The notes: generated from the sequence alone by a model not told the origin. A stretch of 63,577 nucleotides of DNA, filler included, from Deltaproteobacteria bacterium (GCA_016218805.1; 4 parts of 4 records of this genome joined end to end with filler, not necessarily neighbours in it), one strand, 5' to 3'; positions 10,344 through 19,711 are shown, counted from the first letter of the whole stretch. Program-made: numbers and translations.

Positions 10344-11597
10344 TCATCCCTCGCCGCGTCCGGTCATGGGCACCAGCACGCCGTCCACCACGCAGGAGGG
10401 GACATCCGCGCCCACGTTGGGATCCACGCGCGTGAGCACGCTGCCGGGCCGCGGCGCCACCACCGCGCCGTTGGGAATCTCGCGTCCCGGCGCAATGAGC
10501 ACCTCCGGTCCCACAAAGCTGCGGTGCCCAAAGCAACTGCCCACCATCAGCTCCCGGATGCGCGCGGTCTTGCCGTCCATGCGCACCGTGACATCGTCGC
10601 GGTACTTCATGTCCATGGGGCGCACCAGCGACGTCAGCGCGCTGTTCCGGCCCGCCACGCAGTACTGCATGCCGTTGATGCACAGGTCCGCGTCCGGGAA
10701 ACCCAGGCACGCAAACACCGTGGAGTTCTTGCTGACAAAGTCACCGTCCCCCAGCACGGAGTAACAGATGTTGGCGCGCTCCTCGACGCAGACGTTGTGG
10801 CCCAGCACCGCGCCGCGCACCAGCGCGAACGGCCCCACGCGGCACCCCTCCCCCAGCACGCTGAATTCCACGCACGCCGTGGGGTGGATGCTGACCCCGC
10901 GGGCCACGTAGTTGAATGACCGCGCGGCCGCCCACTTGGTGGCCGCCACGCCGGGCCGCAGCGAACGCAGCAGGCGCCACGCAGTGGACAGCGGCGTGCG
11001 CGTGATGCGCTCCACCAGCTCAATCTGCGGCCACAGGTTGGCCAGCCACAGCACGTGAACCCAGTGGCGCAGGTGCAGCGCCACCGTGGTGGTGAGCGGG
11101 TGCACCACCTCGTCACGGCCCAGGATGTTGCGGGGAACCGGGAAGCGGATGGCGCGCTCGCGGAAGGGTGGCCGCACGGGCAGCGCGGCCGCGGTCAACG
11201 CGGGCGCCTCCCCGCGGCGGCAACCCCCCGGCAGCCACCACGCGCGGTAGGAGGCGCTGCCGTCGTCGTGGAAACGGAGATCCTGGTGCTGGCCGTACAG
11301 TTCCAGGAACCGGCTGCTGGGCAGCGTCACCACCGCCGGGCGCCCCGCCGCGCGCGCCGCGGGCAGCCAGTGGCGCGCCAGCCGCAGGGACACAAACAGG
11401 TCATCCATCATCACCCAGGCCGGCTCGCCGCCGGTGTCCAGCTCCTCCAGCGACGGCGCAGCGGCCATCGTGAGCCCCGTGGCCTCGGCCACGGCGCGCT
11501 GGTGTGCGGCCAGGGTGCCCGTCCCCGCGGGCATCTCGCCCACCGGGTCATCAAAGGGCGCAATCCGCCGCCCCGTTGCCACCAGCACCAGCTTCAT
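10344..11597 (-). CDS. Left-handed beta-helix (hexapeptide repeat) protein with degenerate nucleotidyltransferase-like N-terminus
   Basis: VSIHPTACVEFSVLGEGCRVGPFALVRGAVLG repeats; GlmU-like layout. Confidence 0.6.
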   Translation of the reverse strand: MKLVLVATGRRIAPFDDPVGEMPAGTGTLAAHQRAVAEATGLTMAAAPSLEELDTGGEPAWVMMDDLFVSLRLARHWLPAARAAGRPAVVTLPSSRFLELYGQHQDLRFHDDGSASYRAWWLPGGCRRGEAPALTAAALPVRPPFRERAIRFPVPRNILGRDEVVHPLTTTVALHLRHWVHVLWLANLWPQIELVERITRTPLSTAWRLLRSLRPGVAATKWAAARSFNYVARGVSIHPTACVEFSVLGEGCRVGPFALVRGAVLGHNVCVEERANICYSVLGDGDFVSKNSTVFACLGFPDADLCINGMQYCVAGRNSALTSLVRPMDMKYRDDVTVRMDGKTARIRELMVGSCFGHRSFVGPEVLIAPGREIPNGAVVAPRPGSVLTRVDPNVGADVPSCVVDGVLVPMTGRGEG

Positions 11598-12490
11598 GCG
11601 CCCCCCGTGGCCAGCTCGGCCAGCGCCACGGGCCGCCCGCGCAGTTCCAGTGACAACGGGCGGAAGCTGCCCCGCCCCGCCGCCACGTACGCGCGGTCGT
11701 CATGCGGGAACACCTGGCCGGGGGCGCAGCCGCGCGGCGCGTCCGGTCCGGGTGCGGCGCCGCGCACCACGTAGGTCTCACCGCGCACGTGCCACAGCGC
11801 ACCGGGCTCCGGCGTGGCGGCGCGGATGTGGCGGATCACGTCGTCGGCCGGCGCGGTGGGGTCAATGGAGAGATGCGCGTCCGTGGGGCGCGGCGCGTTG
11901 GTGGCGGCGGCGTGGTCCTGGCGGACGGCGGCGGGATGCATTCCCGCCTGCAGCGCCTCCAGCAGCGGGAGCAGCAGCGGCATGGTTGCGTCCGAAAGCC
12001 GCTCCCACAGCTGCCCGGAGGTGGAACCCGCGGGCACTGGCAGCTCCGCGCGGGCCAGGATGTCCCCGTCATCAAAGCGCTCCGTCATGCGGTGCACCGT
12101 CACGCCGGAGACGGCGTCTCCGCGCAGGATGGTCCAGAAGTACGGGTTGTAGCCGCGGTGCCGCGGCAGCAGGGACGGATGCACGTTCCACGCGCCGCGC
12201 GTGCCCAGCGCGCGCGCCCACGCCGCCACCCGCCGGTCAAAGCTGGCCACCAGCACCAGGTCCACCGGGCCCACGCCGGCCAGCGCGGTGCGCTCGTCGT
12301 CGGTGGCGTCGTCCGTCACGGCGGCGGCGGGGAACAGCGGGATGCCGGCGCGTGTGGCGCGCGTGACCAGCTCCCAGCAGTCATCCGCGTCATCCAGGAA
12401 CGGCAGCACCACCGCGCGCAGGTGGTGGCCAGCATCCGCCAGCGCCAGGGCAAACCGCGGTACACCCGCGAACAGGATCCGCAGCCCCAT
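11594..12490 (-). CDS. Fmt-like N10-formyl-THF-dependent formyltransferase
   Basis: NVHPSLLPRHRG, GVTVHRM..FDDGDIL, IRAATPEPGA; ATGA overlap with the LbH gene. Confidence 0.85.
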   Translation of the reverse strand: MGLRILFAGVPRFALALADAGHHLRAVVLPFLDDADDCWELVTRATRAGIPLFPAAAVTDDATDDERTALAGVGPVDLVLVASFDRRVAAWARALGTRGAWNVHPSLLPRHRGYNPYFWTILRGDAVSGVTVHRMTERFDDGDILARAELPVPAGSTSGQLWERLSDATMPLLLPLLEALQAGMHPAAVRQDHAAATNAPRPTDAHLSIDPTAPADDVIRHIRAATPEPGALWHVRGETYVVRGAAPGPDAPRGCAPGQVFPHDDRAYVAAGRGSFRPLSLELRGRPVALAELATGGA

Positions 12491-12508
12491 CTCAGCGCGC
12501 TCCCCGGC

Positions 12509-14023
12509 TCACATGCCCTCCAGCTTCTTCTGGTACCGCGCCAGCCGGCCTTCGGCCTTCTTGCGGACATCCTCGTCGTCGCACTGGTCCAGGACCTGGC
12601 GCACCAGGCGGACGGCGTCCTTGAGCTTGTCATCCTTGGCCAGCTCGCTGGCGTTCTGCAGCAGGGCCGTGCCCTCCTCCGCGGACAGGCGCTTGGGCTT
12701 GGGAGCCGGACGCGCGGCCGGCTTGGGGGCCGGCTTGGGGGCGGGCCGGGGCGCGGGCTTCTGGGCCTGCCGGGGGGCGGGGGCGGGCTTGGGCGCCGGG
12801 GCGGCCTTGGGGGGCGGAGCCGCCTTCTGCGGGGCGGCTTCGCGCGGCTTCTCCTCGGGCGGAGGCGCCTCACGCACGGGCTCACGCGCGGGTGCAGGCG
12901 CGGGCTCCGGCGCGGGTTCGGCCGCGCGCGGCGGCGGCGGTTCCGCGCGTGCGGGCTCCGGGGCGGGGCGCGCCGGCTCCTCGGAGCGGCGGCGGGCAGC
13001 CAGCTGCGCGCGGTACATGTCCAGCTTGCGGCGCGTGGCCGCGTACAACTCCGGGTCCTGCTCCTTGAGCAGTTCCATCACCGCGTCGGCTTCGTTGCTC
13101 TTGCCGCCGGACTCATGCTCCAGCGCGCGGTTGGCCAGCCGCTGCGCAAAGCTGGCCTCCTCCTGCGGCAGCGGCGTGGTGGCCACCGGCCCCCCCGACG
13201 TGCGGGTGAGCAGCACCGCCACCGTCACGGACAACGCCACCAGCACCACCGCCAGCGCCACCAGCAACACCACAATCACCGTGCTGCGTGACACACCCAC
13301 GCCCTGCACGCCATGCGGCCGCGTCACGGACTCGCGCGTGCGCCGCTCGGTGGCGTCACCGCGGGCGGAGGACTTGGGCGGCTCCGGCCGCGGCGCCGGC
13401 GCACCGCGCGGCGCGTGACGCGCATCCGCGCGCAGGCTCTCCTCCAGGAACTCCCGCTTGAGCTGCTCCGCCTCCGTGCCCTGCACGGTGCGGACGTCAT
13501 TCCACGGGCCCTTCTCGCCTTGCGGCGGCGGCGCGCTGCGAACCGGCGCAGACGCCGAGAAGCGCATCACCGTGTTGCCAATCTCCACCTGGTCCCCGTC
13601 CGCGATCAGCGCTTCCTTCACGCGCTTGCCGTTGACGCGCGTCCCGTTGCCGGACCCCTGGTCCTCCACCACCAGCTGCGCACCACGCACGGTGAACTGC
13701 ACGTGGCGCCGGCTGGCGACGATGTCACGCAGGACCAGGTCATTGTCCCGCCCGCGCCCCACCGAGTAGGTCCGCCCGGGCTCCAGCGGCAGTGACGCAT
13801 CCTGGTCAGGCCCCTGCACGACCTCCAGCACCCCCACCATGTTGCTGACCGCCACGCCGGGGCGCTGCCGCGCATCTGCGGGACGGCCCTTGGCGGGCAC
13901 GGTGTCCAGGCGCTCAGACGCGGGCTCACCCAGGAAGGCGTCCGGCGGCGCGGGCGCGGCTGCTTTCCGCGCCTGCGGGGCTGCGGCGGCACGCGCCGGC
14001 GCGGACTTCCGGGGTGAAGCCAT
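12509..14023 (-). CDS. FHA-domain membrane protein with Pro/Ala-rich C-terminus
   Basis: GRGRDND...ASRRH...DQGSGNGTRVNG FHA motif; single TM; start ATG 14023 or 14056. Confidence 0.85.
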   Translation of the reverse strand: MASPRKSAPARAAAAPQARKAAAPAPPDAFLGEPASERLDTVPAKGRPADARQRPGVAVSNMVGVLEVVQGPDQDASLPLEPGRTYSVGRGRDNDLVLRDIVASRRHVQFTVRGAQLVVEDQGSGNGTRVNGKRVKEALIADGDQVEIGNTVMRFSASAPVRSAPPPQGEKGPWNDVRTVQGTEAEQLKREFLEESLRADARHAPRGAPAPRPEPPKSSARGDATERRTRESVTRPHGVQGVGVSRSTVIVVLLVALAVVLVALSVTVAVLLTRTSGGPVATTPLPQEEASFAQRLANRALEHESGGKSNEADAVMELLKEQDPELYAATRRKLDMYRAQLAARRRSEEPARPAPEPARAEPPPPRAAEPAPEPAPAPAREPVREAPPPEEKPREAAPQKAAPPPKAAPAPKPAPAPRQAQKPAPRPAPKPAPKPAARPAPKPKRLSAEEGTALLQNASELAKDDKLKDAVRLVRQVLDQCDDEDVRKKAEGRLARYQKKLEGM

Positions 14024-14153
14024 CGGGTACTCCCCCGGTCCAGAACGTGCGGCCACACAGCGCGGTCCACCCGTTCACCGGGAACGCCCACAGCTTAGCG
14101 GCGCGCCGTGCGACGGATCAAGAAATCGTCGATCGTACCGGGACTTGCGTGCG

Positions 14154-15080
14154 TCACGCGCCGCCGCCTGGCCCACCCGCCGGGCGCGGTCCCCGGCCAC
14201 CGCCGGGCCCTCCGCCACCCGGGCGCGGGCCGCGGGGCCCACCGCGCGGGCCCCCGGGACCCCGGCCGCCGGGGCGCTTTCCGCCCGGCGGACCTTCACG
14301 CCGGCGGTCCTCCTTGAGGGCGTCCATGCTGAAGTTGCCGGACAGGTCCCCCTCCTTCTGCTTGCTGCCCCCGGCGCCCGGCTTGCCCCCCATGCCGCCG
14401 CCCATTCCTCCACCCGTGCCCCCGCGGGGGCGGCCACCGCCGCCACCGCCGCGGCGGTCCCCGCGGCCGCCGCGTCCGCCCTTGTCGGACGCCACCGGCT
14501 GCAGGTCCACCAGGAACGCAAACTCGCCCACCATCGGCGCGTTGGGCGGCGCCCCGTCCGCGCGGATCACGCGGACCTGGCGGACCCGGTCCCACTTCTC
14601 GCGGACCAGGTGCAGCGTCTCCCACATCCGGGTCGCCCGCGCCTCGTCCACGCCGAACTGCTTCTGAAACTGCTCCAGCACCGCTGCATCCGGCGGGGGC
14701 GGCTCGCTCTTCTTCTCGGCGGGCTTGCTCGCCGCGGGCGCGGCGTCGGCGGCGGGCGCAGCGTCATCGGCCGGCGCGGCCTCGGCGGGCGGCGCGGCGT
14801 CATCGGCCGGCGCAGCCTCGGCGGGCAGCGCGGCGTCATCGCCCGGCGCAGCGTCGGCGGGCGGCGCGGCGTTATCGGGCGACGCAGCGTCATCGGCCGG
14901 GGCAATGTCGACGGGCGGCGCGGCGCCATCGGCCGGGGCAATGTCGACGGGCGGCGCGGCGTCGGCGGCGGGCGCTTCCGACGGGGCGGGAGCGGCAGCG
15001 GCCCGCGACTCCCCCTTGGGCAGGAGGGCGTGAGCGGTTTTGAGCAGGTTTCCACTGAATTGGGTGACGGTGATCATCAT
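14154..15080 (-). CDS. Hypothetical protein with acidic Ala/Pro repeats, small folded core and Gly/Arg/Pro-rich tail
   Basis: Host-like codon usage; APADDAAPPAEA repeats; RGG-rich C-terminus. Confidence 0.65.
   Translation of the reverse strand: MMITVTQFSGNLLKTAHALLPKGESRAAAAPAPSEAPAADAAPPVDIAPADGAAPPVDIAPADDAASPDNAAPPADAAPGDDAALPAEAAPADDAAPPAEAAPADDAAPAADAAPAASKPAEKKSEPPPPDAAVLEQFQKQFGVDEARATRMWETLHLVREKWDRVRQVRVIRADGAPPNAPMVGEFAFLVDLQPVASDKGGRGGRGDRRGGGGGGRPRGGTGGGMGGGMGGKPGAGGSKQKEGDLSGNFSMDALKEDRRREGPPGGKRPGGRGPGGPRGGPRGPRPGGGGPGGGRGPRPAGGPGGGA
14737..14970. repeat. Intragenic 18/36-nt degenerate tandem repeat encoding (AP)ADDAAPPAEA
   Basis: Repeated GCGGCGTCATCGGCCGGCGC/GGCGGGCGGC units in frame with the 14154-15080 CDS. 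Confidence 0.7.
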
Positions 15081-15171
15081 GCTGGCGCCCGTAGCACATG
15101 GAACGCCCGCCGTTCCAACCATGAAAACGGGGCCGCGCAGGGCCATCCACCTCGCGCGGGGTCGGGCGTCG

Positions 15172-15396
15172 ATCCTCGTGCCTCGCCGCCCCCTCCTCGC
15201 GCCTCACCACGCCGTTCCCTGCGGCGGACGCATCCCCCCTCGCGGCTCGCCACGCCCCCCTCGCGGCTCGCTACGCCCCCCCTCGCGGCTCGCCACCCTC
15301 TCCTCGCGGCTCGCCACCCCCTCCTCGCGGCTCGCCACCCCCTCCTCGCGGCTCGCCACCCCCACCTCGGGGCGGATGCCCCCACCCTCGCCGCTG
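15172..15396. repeat. 21-nt-period intergenic tandem array (six core copies plus degenerate flanks)
   Basis: TCGCGGCTCGC starts at 15240, 15261, 15283, 15304, 15325, 15346; degenerate units at 15176, 15197, 15367, 15388. Confidence 0.9.
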
Positions 15397-15438
15397 ATTT
15401 TGCTGTATTTTTTCGCAACAGGGATTCGGCCAGGTCCC

Positions 15439-16140
15439 TCACGCCGGCGGCGTGACGGGCAGCACAGCGTCAATCTCGGGGTCCGCGGGCTCGTCAGCGG
15501 TGGCTTTCCGTGATGCGGGCGGATTGCGCAGCTCAACGGCCTCGCGGGACCGGTCGCCAAACTTGGCGCGCACCAGCTGCCGGTAGGTGGTGAATACCGC
15601 GGTGGCCGCCGCTTCGGCCGCGGCAAGTTCAGGCGTGGCCCGGTCGGCGCTCTCCTTGGCGGCATCCGCCTCCGCGGCCTCTTTGTCGTAGGCGGCGCGC
15701 AGCGGCCGGAGGGTGGCGACCGCCTCTTCGGCAAACTCGAACTTCCGGTCGGCCACCGGGGTGTTGGCCTGCTTGTCCTGCTCCGCCTCGGTCTCCAGCA
15801 GGTCCATCAGCGCATCCATGTTGATGGCAAGACTGTCCTCGCCGGTGACGCCGGAGCGGAACTCGCCGAGCATCAGGCGCGGGTCAATGGCGAGGCACGC
15901 GAGGCGGTTCTGGCTGTACGCCTTGGCGAGCTGCTCCATGGCCACATTCTTCTCGCTGACCTCCTTGGCGCGGGCCCGCAGCGCCTGGGCGTTTTCGCGT
16001 GCCTCGCGGAGAACGTCAGCGAGTTTCTCTTTCAACTTGGGTCCCCATTTCATGGCTGAGGGCCAGGTCGGGTTGGCGTCACACTGCTTCACGGAGCGCC
16101 GCAGCCGGATGGCCAGGGCGCGCAATGGCATCTGAGACAT
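15439..16140 (-). CDS. Hypothetical all-alpha-helical (coiled-coil-like) protein
   Basis: 233 aa, GGGAGA RBS before ATG, heptad-like Ala/Glu/Lys composition, C-terminal YRQLVRAKFGDRSREAVEL. Confidence 0.8.
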   Translation of the reverse strand: MSQMPLRALAIRLRRSVKQCDANPTWPSAMKWGPKLKEKLADVLREARENAQALRARAKEVSEKNVAMEQLAKAYSQNRLACLAIDPRLMLGEFRSGVTGEDSLAINMDALMDLLETEAEQDKQANTPVADRKFEFAEEAVATLRPLRAAYDKEAAEADAAKESADRATPELAAAEAAATAVFTTYRQLVRAKFGDRSREAVELRNPPASRKATADEPADPEIDAVLPVTPPA

Positions 16141-16391
16141 TTCAGTTCTCCCTGAAAAGCGACGTTTGTGGTGTCATTCCCCGGCGCCGCATCCTGGGCC
16201 ATGGGGCCTGGAAGTGACAAGCGGACCTGTCACCGCGCCGGGCCGTCCCGCGCGCCGGCCGCGTTCCCCAGCGGCAGGGGTGCGGCACGGCGCAGGGGCG
16301 CGGCACGTGAGTCGGGCAGGGCTTGGTAGGGGCTGGGCAGTCGGGCGCGTGCGCCATCCCGCCGGCCGGACGTATCTCCCTGGTCCGGAGC

Positions 16392-16407
16392 GTAATGTAA
16401 ACATTAC
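16392..16407. promoter_or_regulatory. AT-rich inverted repeat, candidate transcription-factor operator
   Basis: GTAATGT-AA-ACATTAC perfect 7-bp arms in a GC-rich intergenic region upstream of 15439-16140. Confidence 0.5.
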
Positions 16408-16692
16408 AGGCCGGGCTCTGGAGGCCCCGCCGCCCCGCCAGCGGTGCGGAGATGCCGGCTCAGGATGGGATCCGCCTCGCTGCGGTCACGTTTGTTCGGA
16501 CGTGAGCCCTCCCTACCAAGCCCTGAGCCAGAGAAACCCGCGGCATCCCCAGGACGCGCGGCGGGACTCCCGCTGTTGACGCCCCGCGCGGCAGGCGCTT
16601 CCCCGTTGCGGGTGGCACGTCTGGTGGTTCCAGCGCGCGGCGAGTTTCCGCGCCGCGACGCCGCTCCCGCGCCCAGTGCGCGCCAAGACCCA

Positions 16693-17766
16693 TCATTTGG
16701 GCGCGGCTGCCGGCGCAGGGTCCGCGGGCGGCGGGACGTACGGCACAGGCACGGGCACCGCGGCGGGTGCGGGCGCGGGGGCATCCTGGCCGGGCACCAC
16801 GCGCCCGCGCTCCTCCAGCACGCGGACCGCCAGGCGGTCCGCCAGCGCGCGCGCCGCCCCGTCATGGGCGTATTTGACGGTGCGCTTCCACGCGGGGTCC
16901 ACCAACGACAGGTGCGCGCCGGCCAGGAACACGTCGTACACGTTCTCCGCCAGGGCCCCCGCCAGACCGCCGGACAGCGCGGTCACCAGTGACACGGCAA
17001 TGCCGAACGCGCCGTTGATGAGCAGGTTTTCCAGCGTGATGCACACGGGCGTGGGCAGTGCCGGGCCGCGGCCGTTGGGCCCCAGCCGGACGGGGTCCTT
17101 GCACGCGCCAAACAGGTCACTCCCGGCGCCGGCCACGTTGGCCAGCGCGCCCAGGTACGCCACCGCCGCCAGCGCAAAGATGGAGGCGCCAAACGTTGCC
17201 ACGCTGGTGGCCAGCCCCATGAACGCCGCCTTGGCCAGCGGCTCCATGAACCGGAACCGCCGGCTGTCATGCCCGTGTCCCTCCACCACTCCCAGCGGCG
17301 CCAGGTCCTTGCCCTTGATGGCCCCGGAGTACTTGACGTGGATGTCATACGCGCTGCCCTCCAGCGTGATGCGGGCACCCTGGGCGGGGTGGAACGCCTG
17401 CACCTCCGGCGGCTTGAGTTCCAGCACGTAGTCCGCGCCCACGCCGCGGGCGTCTTCCGGACGGAGAATCTCCACCACGTCAAACCCGACTTCGCGCAGC
17501 GCCTGCGGCACGGCCACCGCCTGGTGGGTGGCCGTGGGGTAGCTCTCCGCCTCGTCGCTGGTGAGGCCCACGTTCTGATCCGGGTCGTTGCTGACCGCGG
17601 GCCGCCACAGCGCCACTCTCAGGCGGCTCACCATGGCTGCGGGGGGGGATTCGCGCTCATCCAGCCGGGCCTCCAGCGGGACGCGCACCACGCGCGTGCT
17701 GGAGCAGGCCACCAGCGCCGCCAGGCCCACCGCCACCATCACAGGAAGGACGCGCGCGCGGCTCAT
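16693..17766 (-). CDS. Lipoprotein paralog 3 with internal hydrophobic helix pair
   Basis: Lipobox-like LVAC; shares VPQALRE.GFDV and PxW...V..AHD.A...LA with its two upstream neighbours. Confidence 0.75.
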   Translation of the reverse strand: MSRARVLPVMVAVGLAALVACSSTRVVRVPLEARLDERESPPAAMVSRLRVALWRPAVSNDPDQNVGLTSDEAESYPTATHQAVAVPQALREVGFDVVEILRPEDARGVGADYVLELKPPEVQAFHPAQGARITLEGSAYDIHVKYSGAIKGKDLAPLGVVEGHGHDSRRFRFMEPLAKAAFMGLATSVATFGASIFALAAVAYLGALANVAGAGSDLFGACKDPVRLGPNGRGPALPTPVCITLENLLINGAFGIAVSLVTALSGGLAGALAENVYDVFLAGAHLSLVDPAWKRTVKYAHDGAARALADRLAVRVLEERGRVVPGQDAPAPAPAAVPVPVPYVPPPADPAPAAAPK

Positions 17767-18815
17767 GGCGCCCCTCCCGCCGCGCGGGCCACTTCCGCCG
17801 CCAGCGCCCGGGCCGCGCGGTCATGCGCGGACTTCACCATGCCCTGCCAGATGGGCTCAGAGGCAAAACTCTTCACCAACGCCGTCACCCCGGTGAACAC
17901 CCGCGACCCGACGAACTGCGCCGCCGCCAGCACCAGCGCGGAAACCACCGCCACGCCCGTCACCGCCGCCACCGCGCTCACCAGCCACACCGCCTGCTGG
18001 CAGGTGCCCGCCCGGTCCTGCACGTTGGCGTCAAAGTCCGCCACGCCGGTGCACGGCAGCGTGCCCGTGGCGCTTCCGCTGCCCGCCGGGGCCAGCGGCG
18101 TCTCCGCGTTGCGGCGCGCCCAGAAGAAGCCCGCCGTGGGCACGGCCACCGCCAGCGTCACCACGCCCATGATGGCCAGGGACACCGCGCCCACCACGGC
18201 GGTCTCCAGGTACGGGTCATCAAACCGGAAGTTGGTGGTGGACTGGCCGTGCCCGGTGACCACGCCACCGCGCGTCCCGTCCGGCTGCAGCAGTTGCCCG
18301 CGGAACATCACGTGCGCGTCGTACACGGTGCCTTCCAGGGACAGGCCGCCGCCGCCCGCGCGCCGGAATGCCTGGATCTCCGGTGCCGCCAGTTGCAGCA
18401 CCCACGGCGCGCCCATCTTTCCTGCCTCGTCCACGGTCAGCGCCGTGGCCACGTCAAAGCCCAGCTCGCGCAGCGCCTGGGGGACGGCCTCCGCCATGTG
18501 GGCCAGCGTGGGGTAGGCCTCACGGTACTTGGAGGTGAACGCCACCTCCGTGCGGGGGCCGGAGCGCGCGGGAGGCGGCAGCACACCGGCTCCCGCCTTG
18601 GCGGCGCCCGCCGCGTCTCCGGCGCCACCCGCCTGGTCCACCACCTCCATGGCGGACCGCGGCACGTGGTTGACGACGATGATGCGCATCCCGCGCACCA
18701 CCTTTTGCACCTCCGCGTCCGGGGCATCCAACCGCGGCGCAAGGTCCACCGGCTTCACATTCAGGCACCCGGCCAGCGCCAGGACCCCCACCACCACCAT
18801 GCCGCGCGCCCTCAC
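17763..18815 (-). CDS. Lipoprotein paralog 2 with internal hydrophobic helix pair
   Basis: Lipobox LAGC; shared motifs; 4-nt overlaps at both ends. Confidence 0.75.
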   Translation of the reverse strand: MRARGMVVVGVLALAGCLNVKPVDLAPRLDAPDAEVQKVVRGMRIIVVNHVPRSAMEVVDQAGGAGDAAGAAKAGAGVLPPPARSGPRTEVAFTSKYREAYPTLAHMAEAVPQALRELGFDVATALTVDEAGKMGAPWVLQLAAPEIQAFRRAGGGGLSLEGTVYDAHVMFRGQLLQPDGTRGGVVTGHGQSTTNFRFDDPYLETAVVGAVSLAIMGVVTLAVAVPTAGFFWARRNAETPLAPAGSGSATGTLPCTGVADFDANVQDRAGTCQQAVWLVSAVAAVTGVAVVSALVLAAAQFVGSRVFTGVTALVKSFASEPIWQGMVKSAHDRAARALAAEVARAAGGAP

Positions 18816-19711
18816 CGGACCGCCCCCTTGCCCGCCACCTTGCGGACCACGTTGTCCGCCAGGTCGGCAATGGCGTCATCATGCGCTGCCTGCACCATGC
18901 CTTCCCAGCGGGGCTCATTGATCAGCAGGTCCACCAGCGGGTTGATGAGGCGCGGCATGACCTGCGCCGTCAGCTGGCTCACCACCACGTCCGCCACCAG
19001 CACGGCCACGTAGACGCCGGGGTCAATGTCCACGGCGGCCTTGACGTCATCCACCAGTTGGGACCCGGCGGGTGCGCCCGCGCGGTACTTCTGGATCTTG
19101 CGGTACGCGGTGAATCCAAACCACGCCGAGTAGATGCCCGCCGTCACCGCCAGCCCCAGCGCGCCCAGGCCCGCGGTCTGCAGCAGCGCGTTGGACCAGA
19201 AGAAACTGGCGGTGCGCGTGCCGGAGCCGGCCACGCGCTCAGGGACGCGGGCGCCGGCCTTCTGCGCGCGCACCGCGTAGTTCACGGTGATGCGGTTGAT
19301 GCTGCCCAGGAACGAGAAGTCCAGCAGCCCCTTGGGCCGCACCACGCTGACCCCCGGCGTATCCGGGATGAGCACCCACGCCGCGCCCAGTGCCTGGCCC
19401 TGCGCCAGGCTCTCCACCTCCAGCACGCGCACGCCGCGCGCGCGCAGGTGCGGCACCACGGACTGGATGAAGTGCGGCCCGGAGGCGTAGCGCTCCTCCT
19501 GCGTCAGTGAGAAGTCGCGTTCGCGCACGAACGACCCCACGCGCGGGTCCATGACGAGCGCCACGGTGACCGGGCCGGCCGTCCGCGGGGTCTTGTCATC
19601 CAGCGCGGGCTCCAGGGACGGCGTCAGCGGGATCTGGCGCACCGCGCACGCGTTGGCCAGGGCCACCAGCACCAGGAGCATCGGGATACGGCCGTCACGA
19701 CCACGGGTCAT
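18812..19711 (-). CDS. Lipoprotein paralog 1 with internal hydrophobic segment
   Basis: Lipobox-like ANAC; EPRWEGMVQAAHDDAIADLA C-terminus; start ATG 19711 inferred. Confidence 0.7.
   Translation of the reverse strand: MTRGRDGRIPMLLVLVALANACAVRQIPLTPSLEPALDDKTPRTAGPVTVALVMDPRVGSFVRERDFSLTQEERYASGPHFIQSVVPHLRARGVRVLEVESLAQGQALGAAWVLIPDTPGVSVVRPKGLLDFSFLGSINRITVNYAVRAQKAGARVPERVAGSGTRTASFFWSNALLQTAGLGALGLAVTAGIYSAWFGFTAYRKIQKYRAGAPAGSQLVDDVKAAVDIDPGVYVAVLVADVVVSQLTAQVMPRLINPLVDLLINEPRWEGMVQAAHDDAIADLADNVVRKVAGKGAVR

Noticed and set aside
14737..14970. 36-nt period non-coding guide array
   Set aside because: The repeats are in frame within a CDS and vary like coding sequence (Ala/Pro/Asp repeats).
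15172..15396. CRISPR array
   Set aside because: Units are contiguous 21-mers with no unique spacers, and no cas genes are present.
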